DNA of 64,000 bases from Escherichia coli (GCF_030013595.1 NZ_CP122768.1); one strand, 5' to 3'. Shown: positions 8,552-25,175, counted from the stretch's first letter. Translations and numbers: made by a program. Notes: a model not told the origin generated them from the sequence alone.

Positions 8552-10993
8552 TCACTCTGCCACTTTTTTCTTCGCCGCACGCTTCGCTTTGGTCGCTGCA
8601 GCTATTTTCTGCGTTTTCGCCGATGGCTTTTTCGCTTTTCTCGCGTCTTTCTTCGCCGCTTTCGGCTTCGTTTTTTTCTCGCCGCGGAAGGCGCTGTCTG
8701 GCTCAAAGTTTACCTTTTTACCGACCTGACGACGCTTGCCGCCTTTTTTGCCTGCATCGCCTTTTTTCGCTTTCTCGCGCGCCGTTTTACCGACGTTGCG
8801 CGGTGCGCGTTCGCTGGAGATCAGGCTAAAGTCGATTTTACGCTCGTCCATATTAACCGCTTCGACGCGAACTTCCACGCGATCGCCCAGGCGATAAGTC
8901 TGGCCGCTGGATTCACCCATCAGGCGTTGCCCTACCTGGTCAAAGCGATAGTAGTCATTGTCCAGCGAAGAGACATGGACCAGACCATCAATGAACAAGT
9001 CGTCCAGACGGACGAAGAAGCCAAAGCCAGTGACGCTGGAAATTACGCCTTTAAAGACGTTACCTACCTGGTCGAGCATGAAGTCACACTTCAGCCAGTC
9101 AGCTACATCGCGTGTTGCTTCGTCGGCACGACGTTCCGCCATCGAACAGTGCTGACCCAGTTGCAGCATCTCTTCCATCGAATAATGGTAACCGCCGGTT
9201 TCAGTAGTGTTGCCCTGATGCCCCTGCTCTTTCGCCAGCAGATACTTAATGGCGCGGTGCAGCGTCAGGTCAGGATAACGACGAATCGGCGAAGTAAAGT
9301 GCGCATAGGACTGCAATGCCAGACCGAAGTGACCACGGTTTTCCGGATCGTAAATCGCCTGTTTCATCGAGCGCAGCAGCATGGTTTGCAGCATTTCTGC
9401 GTCAGGACGATCGGCAACCGACTCCAGCAGCTCCGCGTAGTCACGCGGTTCCGGCTTGTTACCGCCCGGCAATTCCAGCCCCAGCTCCGCCAGCACTGAA
9501 CGGAAAGAGGTAATTGCTTCGGTGCTCGGCTTGTCGTGAATACGGAACAGTGCTGGTTCCTTGGCTTTCTCAACGAAACGCGCCGCCGAGATATTCGCCA
9601 GAATCATACACTCTTCAATTAATTTGTGTGCGTCGTTACGCTGGGTCTGTTCGATACGTTCAATACGGCGTTCAGCGTTGAAAATGAACTTCGCTTCTTC
9701 GCTCTCAAATGAGATCCCACCGCGTTCTTCACGGGCTTTATCCAGCACTTTATAGAGGTTATGCAACTCTTCGAGATGCTTAACCAGCGGGGCGTACTGC
9801 TCGCGCAGATCCTGATCGCCCTGCAGAATATGCCAGACTTTGGTGTAGGTCAGACGTGCGTGAGAGCTCATTACCGCTTCATAGAATTTGTAGCCAGTCA
9901 GGCGGCCTTTCGACGAAACCGTCATCTCGCACACCATACACAGGCGGTCTACCTGCGGGTTGAGCGAACACAGACCGTTAGAGAGCACTTCCGGCAGCAT
10001 CGGGATAACCTGCGAAGGGAAGTACACCGACGTACCACGGTTACGCGCTTCTCTGTCCAGCGGTGTTGGCGGACGCACATAGTAGCTGACGTCGGCAATC
10101 GCGACCCATAAACGCCAGCCGCCGCCGCGTTTTTTCTCGCAGTAAACTGCATCGTCAAAGTCACGGGCGTCTTCGCCATCAATGGTGACCAGCGGTAAAT
10201 CGCGCAGATCGACACGGCCCGCTTTTGCTTCTTCCGGCACTTCTTCTTTCAGCCCGGCAACCTGTTGCTCAACGGCCTGCGGCCAGATATACGGAATTTC
10301 ATGGGTACGCAGAGCGATATCAACCGCCATGCCGGTGCCCATATTGTCGCCAAGTACTTCGACGATTTTACCCACCGCTTTGGTACGGCGAGTCGGGCGT
10401 TGGGTCAGTTCAACTACGACCACAAAGCCCATCCGCGCGCCCATGATCTGATCGGGCGGGATTAAGATATCGAAGCTCAGACGGCTATCGTCAGGAACCA
10501 CAAAGCCGACGCCCGCTTCGGTAAAGTAGCGACCAACAATCTGGCTGGTTTTTGGCACCAGTACGCGGACAATACGCGCTTCACGACGACCTTTACGGTC
10601 AGCACCCAGCGGCTGCGCCAGCACCTGATCGCCATGAATGCAGGTTTTCATCTGCTCGCTGGAGAGATACAAATCATCTTTACGCCCTTCAACCCGCAGA
10701 AAGCCGTAGCCATCACGGTGGCCAATAACGGTACCTTTCACCAGGTCGAGGCGTTCCGGCAGCGCATAGCACTGACGACGAGTGAAGACCAGTTGACCAT
10801 CGCGCTCCATCGCGCGCAGGCGGCGACGCAGGCCTTCAAGCTGCTCTTCGCCTTCAATGTGCAGTTCTACCGCCAGCTCATCACGGCTGGCCGGTTTTTC
10901 ACGTTTGGTTAAATGTTCGAGGATAAATTCCCGACTAGGGATGGGATTCGCGTATTTTTCAGCTTCGCGTTCCTGGAATGGATCTTGTGACAT
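8552..10993 (-). CDS. rnr: Ribonuclease R (RNase II family exoribonuclease, Lys-rich C-terminal tail), 813 aa
   Basis: ORF 8552..11035 trimmed to ATG at 10993 ([20 protein letters not shown]...); S1 domain and basic tail. Confidence 0.9.
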   Translation of the reverse strand: MSQDPFQEREAEKYANPIPSREFILEHLTKREKPASRDELAVELHIEGEEQLEGLRRRLRAMERDGQLVFTRRQCYALPERLDLVKGTVIGHRDGYGFLRVEGRKDDLYLSSEQMKTCIHGDQVLAQPLGADRKGRREARIVRVLVPKTSQIVGRYFTEAGVGFVVPDDSRLSFDILIPPDQIMGARMGFVVVVELTQRPTRRTKAVGKIVEVLGDNMGTGMAVDIALRTHEIPYIWPQAVEQQVAGLKEEVPEEAKAGRVDLRDLPLVTIDGEDARDFDDAVYCEKKRGGGWRLWVAIADVSYYVRPPTPLDREARNRGTSVYFPSQVIPMLPEVLSNGLCSLNPQVDRLCMVCEMTVSSKGRLTGYKFYEAVMSSHARLTYTKVWHILQGDQDLREQYAPLVKHLEELHNLYKVLDKAREERGGISFESEEAKFIFNAERRIERIEQTQRNDAHKLIEECMILANISAARFVEKAKEPALFRIHDKPSTEAITSFRSVLAELGLELPGGNKPEPRDYAELLESVADRPDAEMLQTMLLRSMKQAIYDPENRGHFGLALQSYAHFTSPIRRYPDLTLHRAIKYLLAKEQGHQGNTTETGGYHYSMEEMLQLGQHCSMAERRADEATRDVADWLKCDFMLDQVGNVFKGVISSVTGFGFFVRLDDLFIDGLVHVSSLDNDYYRFDQVGQRLMGESSGQTYRLGDRVEVRVEAVNMDERKIDFSLISSERAPRNVGKTAREKAKKGDAGKKGGKRRQVGKKVNFEPDSAFRGEKKTKPKAAKKDARKAKKPSAKTQKIAAATKAKRAAKKKVAE

Positions 10994-11031
10994 CTCGGTT
11001 CCTCCGTTGTCATCTCTGATGAAGATTTTCG

Positions 11032-11457
11032 TCACTCCACCAGCAATAATTTATAAAGCGGTTGATTCTCTTCAACCAAATCGGCAAGCGTGTAGTTATC
11101 CAGTTCCGTAAGAAAACTTTGCACGGCCTTAGAAAGCGCCTGTTTCAACCGACAGGCAGGTGTAATGTGGCAAAACTCACTGCTGCAATTCACCAGCGAT
11201 AAGGGCTCCAGCTCGCGCACCACATCACCAATACGTATCGCACTCGCCGGTTTACCCAGACGAATGCCGCCATTTTTTCCACGAACAGCAGTCACGTAGC
11301 CGGCACGACTAAGTTGATTGATTATTTTGACCATATGATTACGGGAGACGCCGTAGACGTCAGTCACTTCAGAAATACTGGTCATCCGCCCTTCTGGCAA
11401 TGACGCCATGTAGATCAGCGCACGTAATCCGTAATCAGTGAAACTCGTTAACTGCAC
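11032..11457 (-). CDS. nsrR: Nitric-oxide-sensing Rrf2-family repressor NsrR, 141 aa
   Basis: Intact ORF ([20 protein letters not shown]...); three Cys near C-terminus; overlaps rnr start. Confidence 0.9.
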
Positions 11458-11661
11458 ATCAACCTCAAAAGGGAAATCGGGAAAAAATACATTTATATTG
11501 ATGATAAACCAGCCACAAGCTGTGTCGCTAATTTATTTCAGTTCGGGGAAGGAAAAAAGCGAGGATTTAACACTGTGTCGGATAGCGTAATGGCTTACCC
11601 GACACAGCAATGTATCACACTGTTAGCCCGGCAGGCAAAATATCTGCCAGGCGTACCAGAA

Positions 11662-12963
<1,302 letters not shown>

Positions 12964-13063
12964 TCAAAATCACCGTTTGCTTAAAAATGGATTCTACCAT
13001 CGCTTTTTCAGAGTTACAGCACTTTTTGCACTCAAAAATGACCTCGATCAGTCTGTTTTTTGT

Positions 13064-13261
13064 TCAGCCAATCGTTTTCCTCAACATGTAGTAGACCACA
13101 ACGCCCGCAACCACAAGTCCACCGCCAAAACGACGTAAAATATTATCAGGCAAATTGGTCATCGCAGAGATCATCTTCTTCCATGCCTTCGGGTAAAGCA
13201 TCGGCACTAAACCTTCGAGCACCAAAACCAGGGCAAGCGCCAGCCAGATTGTCGAATTCAT
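13064..13261 (-). CDS. yjeT: Small membrane protein YjeT (DUF2065 by recollection), 65 aa
   Basis: Intact short hydrophobic ORF between hflC and purA. Confidence 0.75.
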   Translation of the reverse strand: MNSTIWLALALVLVLEGLVPMLYPKAWKKMISAMTNLPDNILRRFGGGLVVAGVVVYYMLRKTIG

Positions 13262-13342
13262 TGATTATCCTTATAGAAAAAGAAAACCACCGACATCCCT
13301 GAGGATGCGGTGGCTTTATTGACCTGTACCGCAGTCGTTATA

Positions 13343-14347
13343 TTAACGCGTTGCGGAAGTCGGCGTCTTCATGTAGCGGAAGAAATCGCTATCCGGGCTC
13401 ATGACCATCACGTCCTGATTGCCAGAGAAGCTGTTCTCATAAGCACGCAGGCTACGGATGAATGCGTAGAAGTCCGGATCTTTACTGAATGCATCAGCAA
13501 ACAGTTTGGCTGCTTCGGCATCGCCTTCACCACGCATGATGCGGCCCTGACGCTCAGCTTCTGCCAGCGTTCTGGTCACTTCATAGTCGGCAGTCGCGCG
13601 CAGTTTTTCCGCTTCTTCCTGACCTTGTGAACGGTGACGACGCGCTACCGCTTCACGCTCGGCGCGCATACGGTTGTAGATCGCTTCAGACACTTCGGTC
13701 GGCAGGTTGATCTGCTTGATACGCACATCGACAACTTCAATACCCAGCGCCGCCATACTGTTCGGGTTGATGACCGGAACTTTGCCCTTCGTCTCAGCCG
13801 TTACGCGCTCTGCCGCTTCGGCAATGGCGTTATCTGCTGCCGGGGTAGTAACTTCATCTTCTGTACCCGCAGAACCGGAGTTCAGCGCGTCACGTACTTC
13901 GAGGGTCAGACGACCACGGGAATCGGTGACGATGTCTTTCACGTCCAGGCGACCAATTTCAGAACGCAGACGGTCAGAGAACTTACGTTTCAACAGCACT
14001 TCCGCTTGCGAAATGTCGCCACCACCCGTTGCCAGGTAGTAACGGCTGAAATCGCTGATGCGCCATTTGATGTAAGAGTCGACGATCAGGTCTTTCTTCT
14101 CTTTGGTCACAAAGCGGTCGGCCTGGTTGTCCATGGTCTGAATACGTGCGTCGAGCATTTTCACCGTTTCAATGAACGGTATCTTGAAATGCAGACCCGG
14201 CTCATAAACCAGAGGTTTGTTGTCATCGTCACGCAGTACCTTACCAAAACGCAGCGTAATACCGCGCTCACCTTCTTTGACGACAAAGACAGACATGTAA
14301 AGCACTACCAGCACGATGATGATAATCGCGATAACTGACTTACGCAT
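13343..14347 (-). CDS. hflC: FtsH protease modulator HflC (SPFH/band-7), 334 aa
   Basis: Intact ORF; N-terminal TM helix then SPFH-like region; immediately after hflK. Confidence 0.95.
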   Translation of the reverse strand: MRKSVIAIIIIVLVVLYMSVFVVKEGERGITLRFGKVLRDDDNKPLVYEPGLHFKIPFIETVKMLDARIQTMDNQADRFVTKEKKDLIVDSYIKWRISDFSRYYLATGGGDISQAEVLLKRKFSDRLRSEIGRLDVKDIVTDSRGRLTLEVRDALNSGSAGTEDEVTTPAADNAIAEAAERVTAETKGKVPVINPNSMAALGIEVVDVRIKQINLPTEVSEAIYNRMRAEREAVARRHRSQGQEEAEKLRATADYEVTRTLAEAERQGRIMRGEGDAEAAKLFADAFSKDPDFYAFIRSLRAYENSFSGNQDVMVMSPDSDFFRYMKTPTSATR

Positions 14348-14349
14348 CG

Positions 14350-15609
14350 TTATTCCCCCTGACGCTGGTAGTCGTTACGCTGCGCGTTGGCGCGGCGTTG
14401 GTCCATAATATCGCCCTGACTGGTGGACGACGTGTTGCTTGCTCCACTGGTTGTGGAGGAAGAGGCTGGCGGCAGACGCAGCAGATTGCTGGCACCGTTA
14501 TCGCTCTTCGCCGCAGGGGCGTTACCACCTTTCAGCATCTGGTCTAACGGCAGAACCATCAGGTTGCCACCTTTATCGTTAACCAGCACTTTGCGGGTGT
14601 TGCCCAACACTTTTTCCATCGTCTCGATATACAGACGCTCGCGAGTAATTTCCGGCGCGGCTTTATATTCCGGCAGAAGTTTAGCAAAGCGCGCCACTTC
14701 ACCCTGAGCTTCCAGGATGGTCTGGGCCTTGTACGCACGCGCCTCTTCGAGGATACGTTGCGCCTGACCGTTCGCACGCGGCTGAACTTCGTTGGTATAC
14801 GCTTCTGCTTCACGAATGTATTGCTGTTCGTTTTCACGCGCGGCAATCGCATCGTCAAACGCCGCTTTTACTTCTTCCGGCGGACGAGCTGCCTGGAAGT
14901 TGACGTCCAGCAGAGTGATACCCATGTCATACGGACGAATCGTCTCTTCCAGTTCGCGCTGAGTATCGCTACGAATCACGGTACGACCTTCCGTCAGAAT
15001 GCGGTCCATGGTGTATTTACCGATAACCCCACGCAGGGCACTGTCGGTAGCCTGACGCAGGCTGTCATCCGGGCTGGTCACGCTATACAGATATTTTTCC
15101 GGATTGGTGACGCGGTACTGCACGTTCATCTCAACGCGCACTACGTTCTCGTCCGACGTCAGCATCACACCAGAAGCGGCCAGTTCACGCACGGCTTCCA
15201 CGTTCACCGGTTTGACTTCGTCGATAAACGTCGGTTTCCAGTTCAGACCCGGCTCAACCAGATGGCTGAATTTACCAAAGCGTGTTACCACGCCACGTTC
15301 GGCTTCTTTAATGGTATAGAAACCACTGGCCGCCCAGATAATGACAATCGCTGCCGCTGCGATGGTAACGACACGACCGCCAAGCTGCGGGCGCGGGCCT
15401 TGCGATGAACTGCCACCGCCAGATCCAGTGCCTTTACCGCCGCCCAGACCACCAAGCTTTTTGCTCAGCTTGCGGAAGATATCATCTAAATCAGGTGGCC
15501 CTTGATCGCGACCGCCTTTGTTTCCATTTCCCTCAGAGTTGCCGCCAGGTTTGCTGCTTCCCCACGGGTCGCGGTCTTGTCCGTTATTACCGGGCTGATT
15601 CCACGCCAT
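14350..15609 (-). CDS. hflK: FtsH protease modulator HflK (SPFH/band-7), 419 aa
   Basis: Intact ORF (MAWNQPGNNGQDRDPWGSS...); Gly-rich N-terminus. Confidence 0.95.
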   Translation of the reverse strand: MAWNQPGNNGQDRDPWGSSKPGGNSEGNGNKGGRDQGPPDLDDIFRKLSKKLGGLGGGKGTGSGGGSSSQGPRPQLGGRVVTIAAAAIVIIWAASGFYTIKEAERGVVTRFGKFSHLVEPGLNWKPTFIDEVKPVNVEAVRELAASGVMLTSDENVVRVEMNVQYRVTNPEKYLYSVTSPDDSLRQATDSALRGVIGKYTMDRILTEGRTVIRSDTQRELEETIRPYDMGITLLDVNFQAARPPEEVKAAFDDAIAARENEQQYIREAEAYTNEVQPRANGQAQRILEEARAYKAQTILEAQGEVARFAKLLPEYKAAPEITRERLYIETMEKVLGNTRKVLVNDKGGNLMVLPLDQMLKGGNAPAAKSDNGASNLLRLPPASSSTTSGASNTSSTSQGDIMDQRRANAQRNDYQRQGE

Positions 15610-15694
15610 GTTTGTGCTCCATATTTGTTATGCGGTGATCCCTGTTGTCTTTCGACGCCAGAGGATATGACTCCACGCTTCAGACGCTACGCCG

Positions 15695-16975
15695 TTAGAT
15701 CAGGTAATCGATCAACGCCGGTTCTTGTTTACAGAGGCGACGCCAGTCAACGATCGGCATACGAACTTGCAGACTTACGCTGCCGTCCTCCTCCATCCAC
15801 TCTTTTTCTATTGCCTGAAGCTGATAAAAACGACTTCTCAGACGCCCTTCCTGCGGTGGCAGACGCAATGTATGCTGCGCCACCTCGCCGGAAAGCCGCT
15901 CCGTCAAAGCCTGAAAAAGCTGTGGTATCCCCGCTCCGGTCTGTGCGGAAAGCCAGACACGGATCGGTTTGTTCTCTTCGTCCCGATCAATACGCGGTTC
16001 GAAATCTTCCAGCATATCGATCTTGTTCATCACCAGCAGGGTTGGGATCTCGTGAGCGTCGATCTCTTCAAGAACCGTATTCACCGCTTCGATGTTTTCT
16101 TGTACACGTACATCCGCCGCATCAATGACGTGCAGCAGCAATGTGGCTTGCCGCGTCTCTTGTAACGTGGCTTTAAATGCCGCCACCAGATCGTGCGGCA
16201 GGTGGCGAATAAACCCTACGGTATCTGCCAACACGGTTTCACCGACATCCGCGACGTCAATACGCCGCAACGTCGGGTCGAGGGTGGCAAACAACTGGTC
16301 TGCCGCGTAGACCCGCGCTTCGGTGATGCGATTGAAAAGGGTAGATTTACCGGCGTTGGTATATCCCACCAGCGAAACAGTAGGAACGTCGGCTTTGATA
16401 CGCGATTGCCGCCCCTGCTCACGCTGCTTTTCAACTCTTTCCAGGCGCGACTGTATCTGCACGATGCGATTACGCAACAAACGACGGTCGGTTTCGAGCT
16501 GGGTTTCACCCGGACCACGCAAACCTATCCCGCCTTTCTGTCTTTCAAGGTGGGTCCAGCCACGCACCAGACGCGTAGCCAGATGGCGCAGCTGCGCCAG
16601 CTCAACCTGCAACTTACCCTCATGGGTACGGGCACGTTGGGCGAAAATATCTAAAATAAGGCCGGTGCGGTCGATGACACGACACTCGCACAAACGCTCC
16701 AGGTTACGCTCTTGCGCCGGGCTCAGGGCATGGTCAAAAAGAACGACCGAAGCACCCGTCGCTTTGACAGCTTCCGCAATTTCAACTGCTTTACCTTCAC
16801 CTACAAAATACTTTGGGTGCGGCGCTTTACGGCTACCGGTAATCACCTGCAATGCTTCGACACCGGCGGAAGAGACCAGAGATTCAAACTCCTGGAGGTC
16901 TTCCATATCTTTGTCTTGCGTAAAATAGATGTGTACCAGTACCGCCTGCTCACCAGCATCATAACGGTCAAACAA
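15695..16975 (-). CDS. hflX: Ribosome-associated GTPase HflX, 426 aa
   Basis: Intact ORF; GxxxxGKS P-loop ([12 protein letters not shown]). Confidence 0.95.
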   Translation of the reverse strand: MFDRYDAGEQAVLVHIYFTQDKDMEDLQEFESLVSSAGVEALQVITGSRKAPHPKYFVGEGKAVEIAEAVKATGASVVLFDHALSPAQERNLERLCECRVIDRTGLILDIFAQRARTHEGKLQVELAQLRHLATRLVRGWTHLERQKGGIGLRGPGETQLETDRRLLRNRIVQIQSRLERVEKQREQGRQSRIKADVPTVSLVGYTNAGKSTLFNRITEARVYAADQLFATLDPTLRRIDVADVGETVLADTVGFIRHLPHDLVAAFKATLQETRQATLLLHVIDAADVRVQENIEAVNTVLEEIDAHEIPTLLVMNKIDMLEDFEPRIDRDEENKPIRVWLSAQTGAGIPQLFQALTERLSGEVAQHTLRLPPQEGRLRSRFYQLQAIEKEWMEEDGSVSLQVRMPIVDWRRLCKQEPALIDYLI

Positions 16976-17050
16976 GCGTATAACCCTCTAAATAGATCAG
17001 CGGGGAACGCAGGATCGCTGGCTCCCCGTGTAAAAAAACAGCCCGAAACC

Positions 17051-17371
<321 letters not shown>

Positions 17372-17444
17372 TTATATGCTTATTTGTACTTTGAACCTTT
17401 CGATTCTGAAAAAATTGCGCACGATACGTCTCAATTGTACACAT

Positions 17445-18395
17445 TCAGCCTGCGATAGCACCAACAACCTGTAATACTTCGTCACGCGCTTGTTCTGGTT
17501 TTTCACTGCCAAGCCAGTGAACCCCTTCCCAACCACGCAGCCAGGTTATCTGCCGCTTCGCCAACTGTCTCGTGGCGCAAACACCTCGATAAACCATTTC
17601 ATCGTATGAGATTTCGCCTTCAAGGTAAGACCACATCTGGCGATAACCCACGCAACGAATGGAAGGCAAGTCCGTATGCAAATCTCCTCGGGCAAAAAGC
17701 GCCCGGACTTCTGCTTCAAAACCTGAAGCCAACATCTGATGAAAACGCTGCTCAATTCGTTGATGGAGCAGTTCACGGCTCGCCGGGGCGATGGCGAACT
17801 GATGCACCTGATACGGTAGAGCGTCTCCTGACGTTTGCGTCAGTTCCGTTAAAGTTTTACCCGAAATGAAAAAAACTTCCAGTGCCCGGGAAAGCCTTTG
17901 TGGATCATTTGGATGAATCCTTGCTGCCGCAACCGGATCGATCTCCTGAAGTTGACGATGCAATGACTCCCAACCTTGCTCTGCCGCCTGTTGCTCAATT
18001 CTGGCCCGCACTTCCGGGTCTGCCGACGGTAGCGGCGACAACCCTTCCAGCAATGCCTTGAAATACAACATCGTACCGCCCACTAACAGTGGGATCCGCC
18101 CCGCCGCGGTGATATCGGCCATTTCCGCCAGCGCATCGCGGCGAAAATCAGCAGCCGAGTAAGCCTGCGACGGATCGCGAATATCCAGCAATCGGTGCGG
18201 CGCGGCGAGTAACTCTTCAGCGTTCGGCTTCGCCGTCCCGATATCCATCCCTTTGTAAATAAGGGCAGAATCAACGCTTATCAACTCTACTGGTAAAATT
18301 TTACGCAGCTCAATGGCTAACGCCGTTTTACCGGAGGCCGTCGGCCCCATCAAAAAAATCGCCTTAGGCAGGCTCGCCTTACTGATATCACTCAT
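17445..18395 (-). CDS. miaA: tRNA dimethylallyltransferase MiaA, 316 aa
   Basis: Intact ORF; P-loop GPTASGKT; start overlaps mutL stop. Confidence 0.95.
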   Translation of the reverse strand: MSDISKASLPKAIFLMGPTASGKTALAIELRKILPVELISVDSALIYKGMDIGTAKPNAEELLAAPHRLLDIRDPSQAYSAADFRRDALAEMADITAAGRIPLLVGGTMLYFKALLEGLSPLPSADPEVRARIEQQAAEQGWESLHRQLQEIDPVAAARIHPNDPQRLSRALEVFFISGKTLTELTQTSGDALPYQVHQFAIAPASRELLHQRIEQRFHQMLASGFEAEVRALFARGDLHTDLPSIRCVGYRQMWSYLEGEISYDEMVYRGVCATRQLAKRQITWLRGWEGVHWLGSEKPEQARDEVLQVVGAIAG

Positions 18396-20235
18396 CTTTC
18401 AGGGCTTTTATCGCCGGATGTAAATCAACAGATTGTAACAGACCACCCGGCGGCGTTTTCACAAGTTGCGGACATAACCGTTCCACGTCCGCCAGCAGGG
18501 TTATGGCCTGTGCCATTGACCACTGCACATGTTCGCTCATCAGATTTCGTGCAATCCACTGCGCAATATTGCCAGGTTCGAATACGGACTGCTTCGCCAG
18601 GTAGCCTATCAGTTCAGGAATCAAGATTTGTAAATTTTGTTGGCGTAAGGGTAAAGGCACGGCCCTGATGGTCACATGCTGCGCATCGGACTGGAAATCA
18701 ATACCCAATTCCGCCAGGGCAGACTGCGCTTTTTCTAATGCCGATTTTTCTTCGCCAGAAACTTTTAGCCGCAGCGGAATCAGCAACGGCTGGGCGCAAA
18801 CTGGCGCTTCACCCGGCGTCAGTTGCGCCTGACGCAGCCAGCGTTCTGCCACTGGCAAGGCTAAAAGTGAAATGTTGCCGTCGCGCTCCAGCAACGCACA
18901 GTCGGAATGGACGATAGTCAGTACCCGACCAAAGCTTTGACTGTTTGCCGCAAGTGCAGGTTCCTGCGGTTCTGGCGCTTTTGGTTTTTGCATCGGCGCG
19001 GGCGTTTGCAAAAGCTGGCGATACACTTCACCTTGCTGTTTCTGGTAACCTGGCTGCGCATTCGGCCAAGGGGCAGCCGGACGACTGCCTGAGGCGGGCG
19101 CAGGAGTGTAACGCGGAGCTACTGGCTCACGAACTGCCGGTTCAGCAAAATGATTGCGCCCCGCCGCCACGCGGTTTTCCGGGATGGCGCGCGGTGCAGG
19201 TTGTGGTTCATCGTCCAGCGGTAGCGGCGTTTCCAGTTGCTGTTGTAGCACGCTCAGCACGCCCTGATAGATAAAATCATGCACCAGACGCGACTGATGG
19301 AAACGCACTTCGTGTTTGGCAGGGTGCACGTTGACGTCCACCTGATGTGGGTCGATCTCCAGATACAGCACAAATGCCGGTTGCTGATCGGCCCCCAGTT
19401 TGTCTTCACAGGCCTGGCGGATCGCGTGATTGATCAGGCGATCGCGCATCATGCGACCATTCACATAGCAATACTGAATTTCCGCCAGTGCGGGCGTGGT
19501 GTGATTCGGATCTGCCACCCAGCCGCGCAGCGTAAGATCGCCGTGTTGCCATTCAATCGCCAGCGCTTGTTCGAGAAAAGCGGTGCCGCAAATCGCGCCT
19601 AAGCGCCGTTCTTTTTGCCCGCCTTCCGGCACTGCGCGGTACTGACGCACAATTTTACCGTTATGCGACAGGTTGATCGTGACGTCGAAACGCGCCAGCG
19701 CAATGCGGCGAATAATTTCATCGATATGGTTAAATTCGGTTTTCTCGGTGCGCAGGAATTTGCGCCGCGCCGGGGTGTTGTAGAACAGATCCAGCACCTC
19801 CAGCGTCGTTCCCACCGGATGCGCCGCCGGTTTAACCGTTACGTCCATATCGCGCCCTTCGGCATAGGCCTGCCAGGCTTCCTGCTGTTCTGCGATGCGT
19901 GAAGTGAGCGTCAGGCGCGAAACCGAACTGATACTCGCCAGCGCCTCACCGCGAAAGCCAAGGCTGATAATGGCTTCGAGATCGTCCAGAGAGGCGATTT
20001 TACTGGTGGCATGACGAGCCAGCGCCAGCGCCAGCTCATCTTTTTTGATACCGCAGCCGTTATCACGAATGCGGATAAGTTTCGCCCCACCGCGTTCGAT
20101 ATCAATATCGATACGCGTCGCACCTGCATCGAGGCTGTTTTCCACCAGTTCTTTGACTACCGACGCAGGTCGCTCGACCACCTCACCTGCGGCAATCTGG
20201 TTCGCCAGTTGTGGCGGTAAGACCTGAATTGGCAT
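18388..20235 (-). CDS. mutL: DNA mismatch repair protein MutL, 615 aa
   Basis: ORF 18388..20238 trimmed to ATG at 20235 ([23 protein letters not shown]...); GHKL ATPase motifs. Confidence 0.95.
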   Translation of the reverse strand: MPIQVLPPQLANQIAAGEVVERPASVVKELVENSLDAGATRIDIDIERGGAKLIRIRDNGCGIKKDELALALARHATSKIASLDDLEAIISLGFRGEALASISSVSRLTLTSRIAEQQEAWQAYAEGRDMDVTVKPAAHPVGTTLEVLDLFYNTPARRKFLRTEKTEFNHIDEIIRRIALARFDVTINLSHNGKIVRQYRAVPEGGQKERRLGAICGTAFLEQALAIEWQHGDLTLRGWVADPNHTTPALAEIQYCYVNGRMMRDRLINHAIRQACEDKLGADQQPAFVLYLEIDPHQVDVNVHPAKHEVRFHQSRLVHDFIYQGVLSVLQQQLETPLPLDDEPQPAPRAIPENRVAAGRNHFAEPAVREPVAPRYTPAPASGSRPAAPWPNAQPGYQKQQGEVYRQLLQTPAPMQKPKAPEPQEPALAANSQSFGRVLTIVHSDCALLERDGNISLLALPVAERWLRQAQLTPGEAPVCAQPLLIPLRLKVSGEEKSALEKAQSALAELGIDFQSDAQHVTIRAVPLPLRQQNLQILIPELIGYLAKQSVFEPGNIAQWIARNLMSEHVQWSMAQAITLLADVERLCPQLVKTPPGGLLQSVDLHPAIKALKDE

Positions 20236-20244
20236 CAATCGTCC

Positions 20245-21582
20245 TTAGTTTGGCAGCGTGCGATCTGGCGTCGTCACCGTACTGGCAGTTTGTGCCGTTG
20301 CACCCTGCGGCGCAGATTGCATCGGATGCGCAAGGAAATAATTACGCAGGCCTTTGTAAATGGCTTCTGCCAGCTGTTGTTGGTAATCGTCGCTCGCCAG
20401 CAAACGTTCTTCGCTGTTGTTGCTGATAAAACCGGTTTCGACCAGTACTGATGGGATATCCGGCGAACGCAGAACGCCAAGGCTGGCGTGTTCTGGTCGA
20501 CGTTTATGTATTTCGCCAATGCGTTGCAACTGGCTGATCATACTGGTCGCTACATCATACCCTACACGCTGGGAATGACCGAACTGTAAATCCAGCACCG
20601 CCTGGCTTAAATAGGGGTCAGACTGGCTGTTCGCCAGCACATCGCCCGCTCCGCCCAATAGCTCCGACTGTTTCTCATGCTGTTCCAGCCAGCTTGCCAT
20701 CTCGCTGTTTGCACGACGGTTAGAGAGCACCCATACGGAAGCGCCAGTCGCACTGCGGTTCGGTGCGGCATCAGCGTGAATCGACACGAGGAAATTGGCG
20801 TTTTGCTTACGTGCCACATCGCTGCGCCCCATCACCGAAATAAAGTAATCCCCATCACGAGTTAAAACGCCTTTAAACATCGGATCGTCATTGAGCAAGG
20901 TACGTAATTTACGCGCAATGGCGATGGTGACATTTTTCTCCCGCGTACCGCCGGGGCCGATAGCGCCAGGATCCTGACCGCCGTGTCCGGCATCAATAGC
21001 GATGATAATTTTATCGCCAGTGTTAGCCGTCGCGCGCGCTGCCGGACGCGTTACCGTATTACTGCTGATAACCCCCGTAGTGCGGTTACTTTCGGTTTTA
21101 AACGGATTGCGCGCCGGTTCGCTGACGCGCGGTGCGACAACCGCAGGTGTTTCAACGCGTTTCGCAACCACGGGCGGCGGAGGAGGCGGTGGCGGCGCAT
21201 CGGCGTTAATCGTAAAGACGACAGTGTAATTGCTGCCATTCTGCCGCTTCACCGCTTCGGTTTTACCATTTTCGGTAAGCTCGACCACCAGCCGTAGCGT
21301 TTGTGCATCTTTAGGCGTTCCAGAGCGAATCGCCTTCACCAGATTATTGCCGCTGAACAACAATGGCAGTCCCTGAATCACGCCCGTTTGTTTGATATCG
21401 AGCGCCACGGTGCGTTTGCTTTGATGGCTAAACGCATAATCAGGATCGCCAATAAAACTCAACGTTATCCGCGCCTGTTGGTTGCCGTTAGAAACCTGAA
21501 TATCAGAGAGCGTCGCGGCGCCCACCTGCGCGCACAGCAGCAGCAACGTCGCTACCAACCAATTTCTGATGCGATACATCAT
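20245..21582 (-). CDS. amiB: N-acetylmuramoyl-L-alanine amidase AmiB, 445 aa
   Basis: ORF 20245..21597 trimmed to ATG at 21582 ([19 protein letters not shown]...); signal peptide; eight consecutive Pro codons at 21172-21195. Confidence 0.9.
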   Translation of the reverse strand: MMYRIRNWLVATLLLLCAQVGAATLSDIQVSNGNQQARITLSFIGDPDYAFSHQSKRTVALDIKQTGVIQGLPLLFSGNNLVKAIRSGTPKDAQTLRLVVELTENGKTEAVKRQNGSNYTVVFTINADAPPPPPPPPVVAKRVETPAVVAPRVSEPARNPFKTESNRTTGVISSNTVTRPAARATANTGDKIIIAIDAGHGGQDPGAIGPGGTREKNVTIAIARKLRTLLNDDPMFKGVLTRDGDYFISVMGRSDVARKQNANFLVSIHADAAPNRSATGASVWVLSNRRANSEMASWLEQHEKQSELLGGAGDVLANSQSDPYLSQAVLDLQFGHSQRVGYDVATSMISQLQRIGEIHKRRPEHASLGVLRSPDIPSVLVETGFISNNSEERLLASDDYQQQLAEAIYKGLRNYFLAHPMQSAPQGATAQTASTVTTPDRTLPN

Positions 21583-21600
21583 CCCGCCACCTTTCAAAGG

Positions 21601-23579
<1,979 letters not shown>

Positions 23580-23581
<2 letters not shown>

Positions 23582-24719
23582 GTCAGAGCCCCTCGATCTC
23601 AATCAGTTAGCGCAAAATATTAAACAGTGGGGGCTGGAACTGGGCTTTCAGCAGGTAGGTATTACCGATACCGATCTCAGCGAGTCCGAGCCCAAACTGC
23701 AAGCATGGCTGGACAAACAATACCACGGCGAAATGGACTGGATGGCGCGTCACGGTATGCTGCGCGCTCGCCCCCATGAGTTATTGCCCGGTACGCTGCG
23801 CGTGATCAGCGTGCGGATGAATTACCTTCCTGCTAACGCCGCATTTGCCAGCACGCTGAAAAACCCTAAGCTCGGCTATGTGAGCCGTTATGCGCTGGGC
23901 CGTGACTACCACAAACTTCTGCGCAACCGACTCAAAAAGCTGGGCGAGATGATTCAGCAACATTGTGTTTCGCTGAATTTTAGACCGTTTGTCGATTCTG
24001 CGCCTATTCTCGAGCGCCCGTTAGCTGAAAAAGCAGGACTTGGCTGGACAGGTAAGCACTCACTTATCCTCAATCGCGAGGCCGGTTCGTTCTTCTTTTT
24101 AGGCGAATTGCTGGTCGATATTCCTCTGCCCGTGGATCAACCAGTCGAGGAAGGATGCGGTAAATGCGTGGCCTGTATGACGATTTGCCCGACCGGAGCC
24201 ATCGTCGAGCCATATACCGTCGATGCTCGCCGCTGTATCTCTTATCTCACCATCGAACTGGAGGGGGCGATCCCGGAAGAGTTGCGACCGTTAATGGGAA
24301 ATCGTATTTATGGTTGCGATGACTGCCAGCTTATCTGCCCGTGGAATCGCTATTCGCAACTCACTACAGAAGACGATTTCAGCCCGCGTAAGCCGCTACA
24401 CGCACCGGAACTCATTGAGTTATTCGCCTGGAGTGAAGAGAAGTTTTTAAAAGTCACGGAAGGTTCGGCGATTCGCCGTATAGGTCACCTGCGTTGGCTG
24501 CGTAATATTGCCGTAGCCTTAGGCAATGCGCCCTGGGATGAAACGATTCTGGCGGCGCTGGAAAGTCGTAAAGGTGAGCACCCACTTCTTGATGAGCACA
24601 TAGCGTGGGCGATTGCGCAGCAAATCGAGAGACGAAATGCGTGCATAGTCGAAGTGCAATTGCCGAAAAAACAGCGTCTGGTTCGGGTAATTGAAAAAGG
24701 GTTACCGCGTGATGCCTGA
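23580..24719 (+). CDS. queG: Epoxyqueuosine reductase QueG (YjeS), 4Fe-4S protein, 379 aa
   Basis: ORF 23472..24719 trimmed to ATG at 23580 (MSEPLDLNQLAQNIKQWG...); CxxCxxC ferredoxin-type motifs. Confidence 0.9.
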
Positions 24720-24988
24720 TTCATCCACAGCTTGTGAATAAAAATAAAAACGCATTGCAATTCAAGACGAATAAAATCGTCAAGTGATCGACTCGACAAA
24801 ACGAAATCTTAATTTTTAACTTATCTATCAATAGATTAAAAAAATACTATTCACCGTGCGAAGTTTCTTTGAAATTAAGATTACGGCCTGAGGCTGTGGA
24901 TAACTCTGTTTACAAGAGTTTGTCAGAGACAACAAAAACCAGCAATAACGCATCGTGTCGCTGTGGATATTTTATTGAGAGAAGAATT

Positions 24989-25064
<76 letters not shown>

Positions 25065-25099
25065 TTGGGTGGTCTGTGCTTTACAGCACTTTCAAATTT

Positions 25100-25175
<76 letters not shown>

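Noticed and set aside
8484-8829. Two overlapping plus-strand ORFs (81 and 97 aa)
   Set aside because: Antisense to the Lys-rich tail of rnr; low-complexity translation (poly-Phe/Ala/Ser).
13634-15408. Several plus-strand ORFs of 216-234 aa
   Set aside because: Antisense to hflC and hflK; no SD or start context, and the sense genes are intact.
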